This document shows positions 49,797-63,278 of a DNA stretch of 64,000 bases, in pieces (positions within the stretch are counted from its first letter, which is position 1; each line of letters starts with the position of its first letter). The position numbers were made by a program, and so were the translations under genes. The notes beneath the pieces were generated by a model. It was given only the letters and a program-made list of their open reading frames with translations. It had not been told where the DNA came from and ran no database searches. This stretch comes from Heterodontus francisci (taxonomy: Eukaryota): positions 992,001 through 1,056,000 of the forward strand of contig NW_027140453.1 of NCBI RefSeq assembly GCF_036365525.1, written 5' to 3'.

Positions 49797-51227
49797 NNNN
49801 NNNNNNNNNNNNNNNNNNNNNNNNNNNNNNNNNNNNNNNNNNNNNNNNNNNNNNNNNNNNNNNNNNNNNNNNNNNNNNNNNNNNNNNNNNNNNNNNNNNN
49901 NNNNNNNNNNNNNNNNNNNNNNNNNNNNNNNNNNNNNNNNNNNNNNNNNNNNNNNNNNNNNNNNNNNNNNNNNNNNNNNNNNNNNNNNNNNNNNNNNNNN
50001 NNNNNNNNNNNNNNNCTTCCCTCTGTTGCACCCCTTATCCCAATCCTTGCCTCCGTTCCTTACGCTTTTCTTTACCTGCATTGTCCCTCTACAACCTGCA
50101 GGATCTCAGGAAGCACCGGCTACGGGTCCACAAACAGAACGCACTTAGTGTATATAGTAAATCGTGTACACTGCAATCTCTTCACCTATCACTCAGAGAG
50201 TCCCAGGTCTGCCAAACCAGGGGTGTGCAAGTTCCCAGGTGTTCTGTTGCGGTGCTGTTATCATTTCAGCTGATCTGTCTGCACACCAACACCCATCGCC
50301 CATGCACCTGGTCCTCAACTCTAACATTGAGGGTTTTACTCTTTTGTTCGGTTCTTATGCTGCTTGCTCTTCAGATGAAGGTAACGCGAGGTTCTGGGTT
50401 GAAGAGGTTCAAAACATTTCTAACAATAAAGGCGGACGTTGAATGAAGGATTGGGATATGGACACAAAACATTTTCAAAGAAAGGCGATTATGGAGTCAT
50501 CAAAGTAAGTACATTTCCCTTTGTCCTTTTGCAAACATGGCACAAAGTAGGAATCTATTGCTGCTTCTAAATGTTCACTGGACATTATAGAGCGAGGAGA
50601 AGTCATGTTAAACTTGTATAGAATCTAGCTTAGACCACAGTTAGAGCACTTTTCCCAGTTCTGGTATTCATTTTAAAGAGATATAGAGATACAGGAGAAG
50701 GGGCAAAAAAGTAATGACAAGGATGATATCAGAACTGAGAGGTTATAATGATCAGGAAGGGCTGTAAAGAGAAGGCTGAGGGGGTGATCTGATGGATGGA
50801 TTTAAGATTATGAAAGAGTTTTTGATAGGGTAGACGTGCAAAAGATGTTTTCACTTGTGGGGGAGTCAGGAACTCCGAACCATCAATAGAAAGAGAGTCA
50901 CTAATAAATAAAATCGGGAATTCAGGAGAAACTTCTTTACCCAGAGAGTGGGAGGATGTAAGGAGTGGGATAAGGCGAATAGCGGAGATGTATTCAAGAG
51001 GGAATCTGGATCAACAAATGGGGTGGGGGAGATTTGGAAGGATCTACTGATGGGGTGAGATGAAGACGGGAGCGAGGGAGCTCGTGTGGAGGATGAACGC
51101 CAGCATGAATGTGTTGGGCCGAATGGCATGTTTCTTTGCGATTTGCCTCAGGACACAGTCCAAGGGATGTAGTGCGTCTCACCTGAGAAGGCAGACCAGC
51201 TGCTGGTTTAAAATCTCAGGTGCAAAT

Positions 51228-51905
51228 TCAGCACTCCCTCTGTACTGACCGTCTGAGAGTGCAGCACTCCCACAGTACTGACCCTCGGACAGTGCATCAC
51301 TTCCTCAGTACTGACCCTCTGACAGTGCAGCACTCCCTCAGTACTGACCCTCTGACAGTGCAGCACTCCCTCAGTTCGGACACTCAGACAGTGTAGCACT
51401 CCCTCAGTACTGACCCACTGACAGTGCAGCACTCCCTCAGTACTGACCATCTGAGAGTGCAGCACTCCCTCAGTACTGCCCCTCTGACAGTGCAGCACTC
51501 TCTCAGTACTGACACTCTGACAGTGCAGCACTCCCTCAGTACTGACACTCTGACAGAGCAGCACTCCCTCAGTACTGACCCTCTGACAGTGCTGCAATCC
51601 CTCAGTACAGACACTCTGTCATGCAGCACTCTCTCAGTACAGACACTCTGCCAGTGCAGTGCTCCCTGATTACTGACCCTCTGACAGTGCAGCATTACCT
51701 CAGTACTAACCCTCTGACAGTGCAGCACTCCCTCAGTACTGACACTCTGACATGTAGCATTCCCTCAGTACTGACCCTCGGACAGTGCAGCACTCCCTCA
51801 GTGCTGACCATCTGATGGTGCAGCACTCCCTCAGTACTGACACTCCAACAGTGCAGCACTCCCTCAGTACTGACCCTCCAACAATGCAGCACTCCCTCAG
51901 TGCTG
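51228..51905 (+). repeat. 33-bp tandem repeat (CAGCACTCCCTCAGTACTGACCCTCTGACAGTG)
   Basis: About 20 copies; 11-aa periodic ORFs. Confidence 0.95.
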
Positions 51906-53234
51906 AATTAACGAAATTGGCTGCATTGGCGATCGATGGGCGGTAGGTGGCGCTATTGTTCCGCTAATCCGAATCGCTTCTTCATTTCACGGCCGTTCCT
52001 TCCTCTGACAGCGACCTCAGGTCTGCCATTCCCTCCCAAACCCCCTCCACCTCTCTCTCCTCCAAAGCTGCCCAGCTTTGGCCCACACCTCGTAACAATT
52101 TCTGCTGTAACTCTGTGTCAAATAGTTGGCAGATTTACACTCTTCGGGCCGTTTATCTCGGGACGGTGAAGTCGCTATATAAATGCAAACTGCAGCTGTT
52201 TAATTACACGCTCGTGCTGACCTGTGAACAGGAGGTTTGGGACTTGGAACATGTCTTCCAGAAACGGACTCTGTCGGCAGTTTCGCTTGACGTTTCTTCC
52301 ACGGGGGGAGACGAATTAAACTCTGCATTCACAGAAAATTTGATTCGAATTTGTCACGACCGGGATTTCGCGTCCTGTTGCTATAGTTTTCAGCACTTGT
52401 ATGTTGTCGCTTGATGTAACGTCCTCTTAAAATCTATCACCATCCTCCTCACGGTTCACAATACTGCAAAGTTTGCAAATGTGCCCTGCACACCCAAGTC
52501 TATGTTATTAATATCGATCAAGACAAGCAGTGGTCCCTGGAGAACCCCACTATATACCTTCCTTCAGAATGAACACCAACTGTTTACCACTACTCTGTTC
52601 CATGTTGCTTTGTATCCATGTTGATAATGCCCCTTTTATTGCATGGGCTTTATCTTTGCTGACAAGCCTGTTATGTAGTACTTTATCAAACGCTTTTTTT
52701 GAAGTTCATGTGCACCACATCAACCGCAATACCCTCATTAACCCTCTCTGTTACCTCATCAAAAAATGTGTATCCGACTCTTGGTTTTCTGATTAGTCCA
52801 CAGAGTGCTGGTTGTTTCAAAAGGCGGTGTAGCATTCGTCATCTCTACAGATGGGAGAACCTCAAAGCACCCTGTCTGACTGACCACTTCCTCTGATGTG
52901 TCTTTATATATCAGCCGTGGTTTAGTGGGGAGTACCTCGGCACTGAGTCAGAGGTTTGTGGGTTTAAGTCCCCGCACCATGATTTAAGCATAAAATCTGG
53001 GCTGACACTCACTGTGCAGGACAGAGGAAGTGCTGCACCATGTGGAGGTGTAGCACCGAGGTACTCTCTTTATTTTGGCTGAGATGTTAAAACGAGGTCC
53101 CGACTGCAGACGGGAAGGATCTCATAGCCACTATTTCGGAGAATAACAGGGGCATTCTGGAGGATTATCTGGGGCAATAGACATCCCTAAACCAACTTTA
53201 CTAAAACAGATTGTCTGGTCATTCTCAGTTTCCA

Positions 53235-53342
53235 CCAGGAGATGGCGCAGTTCTCCGCAGAACTTGTGGCTGCAAATTCGGATTCGAGCAGATGTCAGAC
53301 AATGAATTTCCATTCAGCGAGTGATCGCGCCCTCTGGCGGCC
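53235..53342. promoter_or_regulatory. Pair of oppositely oriented CTCF-like motifs
   Basis: CCAGGAGATGGCGC (+, 53235-48) and GGCCGCCAGAGGGCGC (-, 53342-27), compared with core CCASYAGRKGGCRS. Confidence 0.6.
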
Positions 53343-55492
53343 GCAGAGGGAATTTTCATCACCATTCATCATTTGGATCATCCATCTGACGTAAAGGAGT
53401 CGCAGTCCGAGTATGATCAATGCTACCTACTTCCAGTGAGATGTCGGATTATTTATTGCCATGTGCAAAGATGACCAGATGGTGACAAATGGAGCGAAAC
53501 TCCCCACCCCCGCAATCCCTCCACTAACACTATTGGATCTAAGATGCATCAGTTGGAATTCATTCCTGGTTATGTGCATTCACCTCACATTGGAATTTCG
53601 AGACAGGGTGCCAACCGGCAGTTTTATCACGCTGCTCGATCTTGGACCCTGCAAGTAAAGGGTTACTATCTTGTTGGCACGTGGAAAAGACTTCTGATCT
53701 GCGTCCCTGCAATTTTGCTTCAATCATCAGAGAACACATCAGCTAAGGAACTCACTTTCGACTCCACTGGCATAATAGAGGTTGGAAATGTGCACAGCAT
53801 CTCGAATCCGTAAAGGCTGGAGGACATCTTACCGTCAGGAGCCCATTAAAAGTCTTCCACTTCATAAAAGCTAAAGAAAAGAAATGATGGCCTGTTGTAG
53901 ATGTCGGGAACTCCAGTCCAATTTGAAAATATCTGGGGCTGCAGCAAAAGTGGTCGAGAAACAGGGTGAGTAATTTCAATGACAACATTCTTCTCATTAT
54001 TGATACTGAAAGAGGGACCCGTGTATATGAATCAGAGCAATTTTACATCAAGGTACAGCAAGGAATTAGGAAGGCGAGTAACATGTTAGCTTTGAAACAT
54101 AAGAGTAAGGAAATCTTTCTGCAGCTAGTTAGGACTTTGGTAACAACACACCTTTAGTGTTCTGTAGAGTGTTGCTCTCCTTATCTACGGAAGCATGTAT
54201 TTGCCTTAGAGGAGGTTGCAACGAAGGTTCACTCAATTGGTTCCTCGGAGGAGAAGGCTGCCCTATGAGGAGAAATTGAGTCGAATGGGCTGTTATTCTC
54301 TGGAAGAATCAGAGGTGATCCATTTGAAACGTACAAGATGATGAGAGGGTTTGACAGGGGACACACTGAGAGGCTGTTTCCCCCCTGGCTGGAGAGCCTA
54401 GAAATAAGGGGTCGAATCTTCAGGATAAGGGGTCGTCTATCGTACTTAGATGAGGACGAATGTCTTCACTCAGAGGGTTATGACTCTTTGGAATTCAGAG
54501 AGCTGTGGAATTCTCAGTCATTGAGAAAATTGAAGACATGAGATCCATAGATTTTAGGCACCAAGGGAATCCAGGGATGTAGGAATATGGCGGGAAAGTG
54601 GAGTGAAGGTAGCAGATCCTCAAGATCTTCATTATGTGGAGGAGCAGACACGGCGGGCCGAATGGCTTACTCCTACTCCTATTTTCTAATGTTCTGATGT
54701 AAGTGGTTCCTGCGTGTTTGCAGTGTCAGATCATTGTGTCATCACAGCACATACCGTCTAAAATATTATCTTTCTCTTCCGGTCTAATCCGTGTTTCACT
54801 TGACCATGAAGTCTCGTCATGGCAAACCCTGAAGCCAGTTAAGGGCCAACAGATCTTGATAAGGGAAGTTTGTCGATTTCAGTGCAATTTCCAGGCGATC
54901 GGAATGAATTATAATCAGAGCAGAGAAAGTTAAGGGACCCAGAGGAAGGTGGTGTTGGAAATCAGGAAGGGTTTTGATAAATTGAACAGGGAGAAGCTGT
55001 TTTCTGTGGCAGGAAGGTCGCTAACCAGGGAGGCGCTGATTTAGGGTCAGTGGCAAAAGAAGCAGAAGTGGACGAGGAGAAAGATTCTGACTGGGACGGG
55101 TATTAATGATCTGGAACACATCGCCTGAAAGGGCAGTGGAATGGGATTCAGCTTTCAACAGGGAATTGGATAGATCCTTGGAGCAGAAGATTTCCAGGAC
55201 TAGGGCAAAAGGGCAGGAGAGTGGGACTAACAGGATAGATTTTTCACAAAAGCAAACAGAGGCGGGATGATCTCCTCTGTGTTGAATCTTTCTGTGATGC
55301 TACAATGTGGACAGATCAGAAAGGAACAACTTGACATCATTGCCTTTATTTAAGAAAAGTAAAACTATTCTCCACTCTTTGGCATATGAAGCGTGACAAC
55401 AAAGCTATTGGGAGTCGGTGAACCTTATCTGTTATCTCTATGGGTGCATTCTCACTGCAGATCGGGTTCCAGTCAAGCAAACCCTACTGATA

Positions 55493-55829
55493 GGGCGGCA
55501 CAGTGGCGCAGTGGTTAGCACCGCAGCCTCACAGCTCCAGCGACCCGGGTTCAATCTGGGTACTGCCTGTGTGGAGTTTGCAAGTTTTCCCTGTGTGGGT
55601 TTTCTCCGGGTGCTCCGGTTTCCTCCCACATGCCAAAGACTTGCAGGTTGGTAGGTAAATTGGCCATTACAAATTGCCCCTAGTATAGGTAGGTGTAGGG
55701 AAATATAGAGACAGGTGGGGATGTGGTAGGGATATGGGATTAGTAGTGGATTAGTATTCGTGGGTGGTTGATGGTCGGCACAGACTCGGTGGGCCGAAGG
55801 GCCTGCTTCAGTGCTGCATCTCTAAACTC
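55493..55829 (+). mobile_element. Full-length HE1-type tRNA-derived SINE
   Basis: GGGCGGCACAGTGGCGCAGTGGTTAGCAC (A box) ... GGTTCAATC (B box); CR1-like 3' end GGGCCGAAGGGCCTG. Confidence 0.85.
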
Positions 55830-57039
55830 TTATATGGCTGCGTTGGAGTCGAAACTGCCCTGGGACAAATTCCTCCCAGCACGCCAGGGAATTCTGTCAA
55901 GAGCAGGCTGGTTATCATCTGAACAGGTCAGTGTTGAAGAGATTTACCATGACATGTGGAAGTATGTCAATGAGACACCGGTCATTCTTTTTTCAATAGG
56001 GGCCCTAAGACTGTGTTTGCCCCGTGGTATTGATCCATCCAAATCCAGATTTGATAGATTTCCTTCAGTGAGGAACTTTTTTGGGATGCAGTCGAGGATT
56101 AATTTGAGACATGACATGTGACAAGAGCTGCCTGCTTGGGAGGAACAGGGACTTTGGGCCTGACATTTTGGTGCTTTCCACACCTCATGCATGGGCCCTG
56201 TTGTAGATCAAGTCACCACAATTGGTTTATTTCTGTTCTGTTACGGGATGAGGGCTGGGGAGGGCCACCTTTATTCCCAAGTCTAACCGCTCTTGAGCAG
56301 ACTTCTTCTTGAATGCAACTGCGTGGCTGACCAGGCCCATTCCTCAGGGCAGTTAAGGGTGAACAGCACTGCTGCCGGGGTCTGGAGTCACTGTGAGTCC
56401 AGACTGGGTGAGGGAGGCAAAATTCCTTCCCTAAAGGATATCACTGAACCAGGTGGCTCTTTCCGCCAATCCAGCAGCTTTATGCTGAGCATCATTGCTG
56501 GAATACAACTACTGTTACAAAGGCTGCCATCATCAACAACGACATTATTGGTCGACAAGGATGTCAGAAGATGAACGAGGTGTCTTGGTTTTTTTTGGCA
56601 TCTAGCAAATCCTGCATTCCTAAGCCTGCCTCTTCAGAAAGCAGCCTTCCATACCAGTGCCCTGTTTAGCTTAGTGCTAGAACTCAACACAGTTTAATTC
56701 AGAGAGTACAGATCTGAGAGATGCCGGATAAACCTTATTCTTGAGATTCACTGTGACACCAGTGACGGTCTCAGTCAGCTCGATGGACCCTCCACCAGTT
56801 GGACCAAGTTTCAGCTGAAAGCCCGGCCCCAGCGCCTGGGAATTCCTGCTGCGCCTTCGTTAGACCAAAGTACGTGAATTGAATGCAGTTATGAGACAGT
56901 GCATTCCAGGAAGGTGGGGATTGCTCTACCTAGGTATATTGGAATGTAATTTCTGAAAATGAGATGGATAAGTTAGCGGTTTGTCAATAAAAATATACTG
57001 ATACGCAGATTAACCACAAGCATTATTCATGGTTGGCGC

Positions 57040-57650
57040 TGGACAGGTTGAGAGAGCAGTTAATGAAGCATACAGTATCCTGGGCTTTATTAAAAGGGGC
57101 AGAGAGTACAAGAGCATGGAAGTAAGTTGCACTTGTACAAGACACTAGTTCGACCTCAGCTGGAGCATTGTGTCCAGTTCTGGGAGCCGCACTTGAGGAA
57201 AGAAATGAAAGAATTGGACAGAGTGAGGGAAAGATTCAGGAGAATGGTTCCACGGGTGAAGGACCTCAGTTATGATGATAGATTGGAGAAGTTGGGATTG
57301 TTTTCCTTGGAGAACAGAATAGATAGAGAGAAACTGCTCCCACTCGTGAAAGGATGGAGAATGAGAGGGCACAGATTTAAACTAATTGGAAAGAGAAGTA
57401 AAAATGACATGAGGAAAAAATTGTTTCACACAGCGAGTGGTTAATGTCTGGAGTGCAGGCTCAGAGAGGATGGTGTGGGCTGGATCAATCGGGGCATTCA
57501 AAAGGGAATTATGAAAAGGAACAATGTGCAGGGTTATGGGGAGAAGGCGGGGAATGGAACTGAATGAATTGCTCATTCGGAGGGCCGGTTCAGACACAAT
57601 GGGCCGAATGGCCTTCTTGTGTACTGTAACAATTTTCTGATTCTGTGATT
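57040..57650 (+). mobile_element. CR1-type LINE 3' fragment
   Basis: LYKTLVRPQLEHCVQFW motif. Confidence 0.88.
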
Positions 57651-58400
57651 AGGAATGTCGATGATAAGTGGCAGTAACTTGATTGCTAACCGGATGATCA
57701 AGATTGGGTAAAATTTGTGATAAACACAACAATGTTCGGTTTAAACGGTACAGGGTGATATACTAAGATAATAAGATGTATCTATCCATCGGGACTTTGA
57801 TGGCTCTGTCTTTCAGCAGAACCAAGCCATCTATTTATCACTTTAAGAGCAGTTTGCAAGCTGAAAGATAGAGATGCAGACTCACACAGACAATACCAGC
57901 ACAGACGAAGAGATTTTTCTTTTAACTTGTTGACTTATTCTGATCAGGAATGCGATGCCTGAAAGGATGGAGCAAGCAGATTCAACAGTAACTTAGAAAG
58001 GAGATTGGGAAATATATTTGAACAGGAAATATCTGCCGCCCATTGAGGAAAGAGCAGGAGAGTGGGATGAAATAAGTAGATCTTCCGAAGTGATGGCACA
58101 GGAACGATGGGCCGAATTGCCTCCTCTGTCCTGTTTGATTGTCCAATTCTTCAGAGATTATTTCATCCGCTTTGGAAAGTACTGAAGTGGGGACTTGGAT
58201 TTTGAGCTGTCTCTCTGGGAGCACTGAGAAACTATTGGATTATTTCTACACTCTGAAAGTTGTTGGAAAACTCTGCAAAGTTTCATCAATGAACAGCTGT
58301 CTTTATGAACTCTGCTTATTTGAGTTTTCCTCTCTAACACTCACAGTATAAGAGGGTGGTATGTTTTTGACCCAGCCCTGCTCCTCTTTGAATCACTGTG

Positions 58401-59062
58401 ATCACTAGCAGCACAGTAATACACCGCCCTGTCAGTCTGATCCACCCTCAGTATTTTCAGGCTGCAGGTTTTAAGATCGGGTCTGGTGGCTTTAAATCTC
58501 TCCTTGAAACCCTCTTCAGGCGTTGAATCAGAGGTACCAACCGAGGTCACTATGAGCTGCAACCCTGCTCCGCTGTGCTGGCGATACCAGTACATGTAGG
58601 TATAGTCGGTGTCATTCTGGAAACAGTGCATTTCCGCCGTTTTCCCCTCTGCGACCGTCAGCCGGTCCCCCCACTGGGTAATGAGAGCGCTCCTGGACCG
58701 GGCTGTGGAGGAACATGAGAAACATATCGGGTCAAAAAGAACAGACACAATAAGGAGAGAGAGAGAGATTTAATGGTAAACCTCCCGATGCACACCACAG
58801 TCGATCAGCTCGCTGACGCCCCAGCACAGGGGTCATGTGCTGATTCCCAGAATCGCTGGGCACAACTGCAGTGGCGCTAAATAACGACACTTGTCCTCAA
58901 CAGTAAAACCAAACCAGCAAATCTCTAACTGACTGGAGCCCTTCGATATCAACAGGAATTGTGTCTCAAAGCTGATTAACTGGGGCCTGAATTTCCCTCC
59001 AAGTAGAAGCAGTAACCTGGGAGCAGCAGAAACAGTAGATGGAGGTAAACAGTGCACAGCAT
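58401..59062 (-). CDS. TRBV: V-beta gene A (D-proximal): leader 59062-59017, V exon 58702-58401
   Basis: Leader MLCTVYLHLLFLLLP; V ...EMHCFQNDTDYTYMYWYRQ...AVYYCAASD; CACAGTG-23-TCAAAAACA RSS (58400-58362). Confidence 0.95.
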
Positions 59063-59163
59063 GATGCAGGAATGTGAACCCTTCTTTCAACCTTCCAGCT
59101 TGGTCCAGCTCTCACGCACACTGCAGTCCTATTGGTGCACAGCCTGCTTTTGTGATGCAGTGT

Positions 59164-59176
59164 GGAAGTGACTTCA
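59164..59176. promoter_or_regulatory. V-beta promoter decamer/CRE-like motif with adjacent ETS core
   Basis: GGAAGTGACTTCA about 105 bp upstream of the V-A ATG resembles the V-beta decamer AGTGAYRTCA; CCAAT boxes nearby. Confidence 0.4.
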
Positions 59177-59339
59177 TTGCAATGTCAACCAATAGAACTT
59201 CCCTTGTGTATCCAACAAAGAAGGTGGTTCTTTCACCTGTGTGGGTGCAGGAATTAGAATTACACAGGATTGACTTGCAAAGTCCCATCTATTGCAGGGT
59301 TTGGGGATGTTCATAAAGATTGGAATGATTGACATATAT

Positions 59340-60330
59340 ACCAACTTGATTGTATTTTTCGAGGAGGTGACTTGATGTGTAGATGAGGGGTAAGTAGTTG
59401 ATGTCGTCTACATGGAATTCAGTAAGGCTTTTGATAAAGCCCCACAAGAGAGATTGGTTAAGAAGCTAAGAGCACATGGGATCCAGGGCAATTTGGTAAA
59501 TTGGATTCAAAATTGGCTTATTGGCAGGAGGCAGAGGGTAAAGGTCGAGGGTTGTTTTTGCGAGTGGGAGCCTGGGTGGTTGATGGTCGGCGCAGACTCA
59601 GTGGGCCGAAGGGCCTGTTTCGGTGCTGTAACTCTAATCAAATCTAATCTAATAATCTGTGACCAATGGTGTACCACAGGGATCTGTGCTGGGCCCTTGC
59701 TGTTTCTGGTGCAAATTAATGATTTTGATGTGAATATAGCAGGTATTAAATATAAGTTCGCAGACAACATGAAAATTGTTGACGTTGCAAATAGTGAAGA
59801 GGGAAGCCTTAGATTTCAGGACGATATGGATGTACAGTTCTGGGCACCACACTATAGGAAAGATGTGATTGCACTGGAGGGGGTCTTGAGGAGATTCACC
59901 AGGATGTTGCCTGGGATGGAACATTTCAGCTATGATGAGAGACTGAAAAGGCTCGGGTTGTTTTATACCCAGCAGAGGAGGCTGAGGGGGGACCTGATTG
60001 AGGTATATAAGATTATGAGGTGCACTGATAGGTCAGATAGGAAGATTTTTTTCCCTTTATAGGAGGGGCAATAACCAGGGCATAGATTTAAGGTAAGAGG
60101 CAGGAGGTTTAGAGGGGATTTGAGGAAACAAAATCTCAACCAGAGGGTGGTTGGAATCTGGAACGCTCTGCTAAACGAGGTGGTAGAGGCAGGAAGCATC
60201 ACAACATTTAAGAAATATTTAGATGAGCACTTGAAACGCCATAGCATGCAAGACTACGGGCCAAATGCTGGAAAATGGGGCGAGAATATTTAGGTGCTTG
60301 ATGGCCGGCACTATTCGGTAGATGGGTCAA
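59340..60330 (+). mobile_element. Internally deleted CR1 LINE with nested SINE 3' end (~59573-59655)
   Basis: FSKAFDK, KFAD, VQFWAP and RRLRGDLIEVYK motifs, interrupted by an HE1-like tail. Confidence 0.85.
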
Positions 60331-61213
60331 TTCACTGCTGCATTGCTTGCTCAGTCTTTTCAGAAACAAGTGGGACTCAGGCTGCGGTGGAGCTCCATCC
60401 CCACCTCCTGGCTGTAACGTGTAACTACAGGCACCTGCGATTTGCACATTGCAATTGATAAAATAGGCATTATGAAGACATGCTTTGCAATTGCTCCATC
60501 TTCCTCATTTTTATCCATTGCTTCAGCTGGTGACGCTGGTGACATCGTATTAGATAGAATTTACAGCACAGATTCAGGCTAGTTGGCCCGATGGGCCCAT
60601 GTTTCAGACTAGTCTGGGGCAGATGGCGGTGTAGTTGTCATGTCACTGAGCTAGTAATCCAGAGGCCGGGGGGTGGTGGTGGTGGGGGTGGGGGGAGGCG
60701 GATTCTCCAGGGGACATGCGTTCGAATCCCACCAGGTCAGATGGCAGAATTTAAATTCTGAATCTAAGGAATTCTGGAAAATCATAGCCAGCGCCTCCAC
60801 TATCTATGCAGATATCTCTTTTAGAACTCAAGTATGTAATCCATCTGTTCCAGGGGACTTGTCAGATTTTAATCCCTGAAGTTTCTCCAAGACTTTTTCT
60901 CAATTGATATGAATATCCTTAACTTCCTCACTCTTTTTAGACCCCCACATTACTGTCTATTTCTGGTATGGAACTCAGTATGACGTGCTATTTCCTGCTG
61001 CCTAATGTTTTTATCCAGCATCCATTTACATATAACTGGTTGTGGGGAGTTAGAACATGGGAGTTCTGCGATTCGAACGGTCACTGAACAGATGCAGATC
61101 CGCATCCGATCACCCAGGGCTGCTCTTCACCGAATGCTGGATTAAATGCACCCGTTTGAAGGAAGACGTGTGAGGGTTTTTGTCAAGGCGGCCAATGACT
61201 CTGAACCGCTGTG

Positions 61214-61947
61214 TCCCATCAGCAGCTGCACAGAAATACACCGCCTCGTCTTTGGCGTTCACACTCTCGATCGTCAGAGTGGATTTCTTATTTTCCAGAG
61301 TCCTCGTGATTGCAAATCCGCTCTTAAATCCATCTTCATATTGAGGTTCACCTGCTGCTAATGTAAACCCGATTAACAGGAATCCTCTGCCGGGGGACTG
61401 ACGATACCAGTACATGTTATCGCGAATCTTTCCTTTCTGCAGACAGTTCATTTCCACGGGTCCAGGTTGTTTAACAGCCAGTGACTGAGGCCATTGAAGT
61501 ATCACATCACCCCGGCAAACACCTAGAAAGAGAAATTAGAGTGAATGAACTGGTATCGATGGAGTTACAATTGCGACGATGGACGTCGGTGTTGCACCGA
61601 ATTAACGACGGAAATTCAGTCTGTGTCCTAATTTCCTGCAAGCATCTGGATCTGTAACAACTGTAAAATAGAATTGTGGAATCCACCAGCTTGCAAGTGG
61701 GTGCAAACATTAAAGAGTTAACATCATATTAATAGCACTTGTCTTCCCGAACTGGGGGACAGATGAATGAATTCACTGTCTGATATGAAATAATCGATTA
61801 CTGATTTAACAAGTAATCGCTGCTCAGTTTTATTGAGATCATTAATCATTCCTTTCTATTATCAAATGTAGAAGAGTGATTGGGACAGAGTGTTAACCTA
61901 CTCAGCGCCAGAAGGGAAATAGCAAAGAGGATGAAACTGAAAGGCAT
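61214..61947 (-). CDS. TRBV: V-beta gene B: leader 61947-61902, V exon 61522-61214
   Basis: Leader MPFSFILFAISLLAL; V DVILQWP...EMNC...MYWYRQSPG...DEAVYFCAAADG; CACAGCG-23-ACAAAAACC (61213-61175). Confidence 0.95.
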
Positions 61948-62773
61948 GTTTGCGGTGGATCTGAGAGACTTTCTGCTGGTTACTCTGGGTTTTAAGGGAG
62001 GGAGAGAGATGAGGTGTTGGCAGAGCGGATCGTCATAAGAGGAAGTTATCTCAAGGCAATGATCCCCGCCCCTACCTTTAAGTTGTCCCCCATTCTTTTG
62101 CTTGCTTCTTTATGCCACCGTTTCCCTCTTTATTCTCTCCCCTTGCCTCCCCCCTCGTCACTTTCTGCTCCACTGTAAATATCCTCATTCTTATCTCTTT
62201 GTGAGCTTGCTTTCACACCGAAGCCAGGTGATCTCTGAAGGTAGCGAGGTGTTGGAGAAGGGGATTTGTCCCAATCCTTTCCCTCAGACAGCATAACGGC
62301 TCCCCACACTCCTCCTTCCACCCTTTCAGCTCTGCCCTTTAAAACCCCTTTTCACCCCGCTCCTCATGCACTTGTTAATATATGGAGGCAACAGTGAAGA
62401 GAGAGGCGAGACAATCATTGACATGGCATTATTGATAACTCAAAATGAGTTGAACTCTTCTACATTTGCAGAGAGTAGGTCGACTAATCGATGTGAATGG
62501 TATATCATTTATTTAACGTCATGAAGTGAAGAATAGAGGCAGGTAGGTTAGTGGATGATAGATCGATAGACAGGTTGCAGACAGGTGGATGAGTGAAATG
62601 TATGCACAGATGCAGACAGACAGTTGTGTGTTTAGATAGACAGATTGATAAAGAGACATACAAGGAGACAGACAGACTCACAGGCAGACAGAGAGACAGA
62701 TCACTCTGCCACAGTTAATTCCTGTCTCCTTTGGGGTTTTTGTTGAACAGCTGTATTTCTCTGAGTCACTGTG

Positions 62774-63243
62774 TAAACTCCAGGCACAGTAATACACGGC
62801 TGAGTGATTCTCCCACAGGCCGGAGGACTCCAGGTAAAAGTGAGTGCTGTCAGGTCTCCTGGCGGTGAAACCGTCCACCTCACCGGAGGGGGTGACCATG
62901 TCGATGTAGTTAGAATAGAAAAGGTCCTGAGGCTCACTGTCAGGGTGCCATCGGTACCAGTGGAAATACGAGTCAGCTGCTGCTTCAGTGCAAATGCACT
63001 CGATGCTGACTGGAGATCCCGGGGAATGGGATACAGAAGGGGGAATCTGTTGGATCAGCACGGCTCCAACATCTGTAAAACACAAAGTGAGCAGAGAGGT
63101 GTTAAGAATGATACACCATGAAGGGGTAAATGAATGGAGAGGTGGGAGTGTGTGTGAGAGAGAGACAGAGAGAGAGAGATTCGTGTTATAAAGACAGAAA
63201 AATAGAGAGGGAGAAAGAGTGAGTGAGAGAAAATGAGACATGC

Positions 63244-63278
<35 letters not shown>

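Noticed and set aside
48733-50273. 248-aa and 498-aa repetitive ORFs, CRISPR-like periodicity
   Set aside because: Head-to-tail 44-bp minisatellite without unique spacers, in a vertebrate context.
51208-51892. Cys/His-periodic ORFs resembling zinc fingers
   Set aside because: Produced by the 33-bp tandem repeat.
56749-56755. Isolated perfect heptamer CACTGTG
   Set aside because: No nonamer at 12 or 23 bp and no V, D or J coding sequence adjacent.
58782-58836. Alternative in-phase leader exon for V-A (MTPVLGRQRADRLWCASG)
   Set aside because: Not hydrophobic; 59062-59017 is a much better signal peptide.
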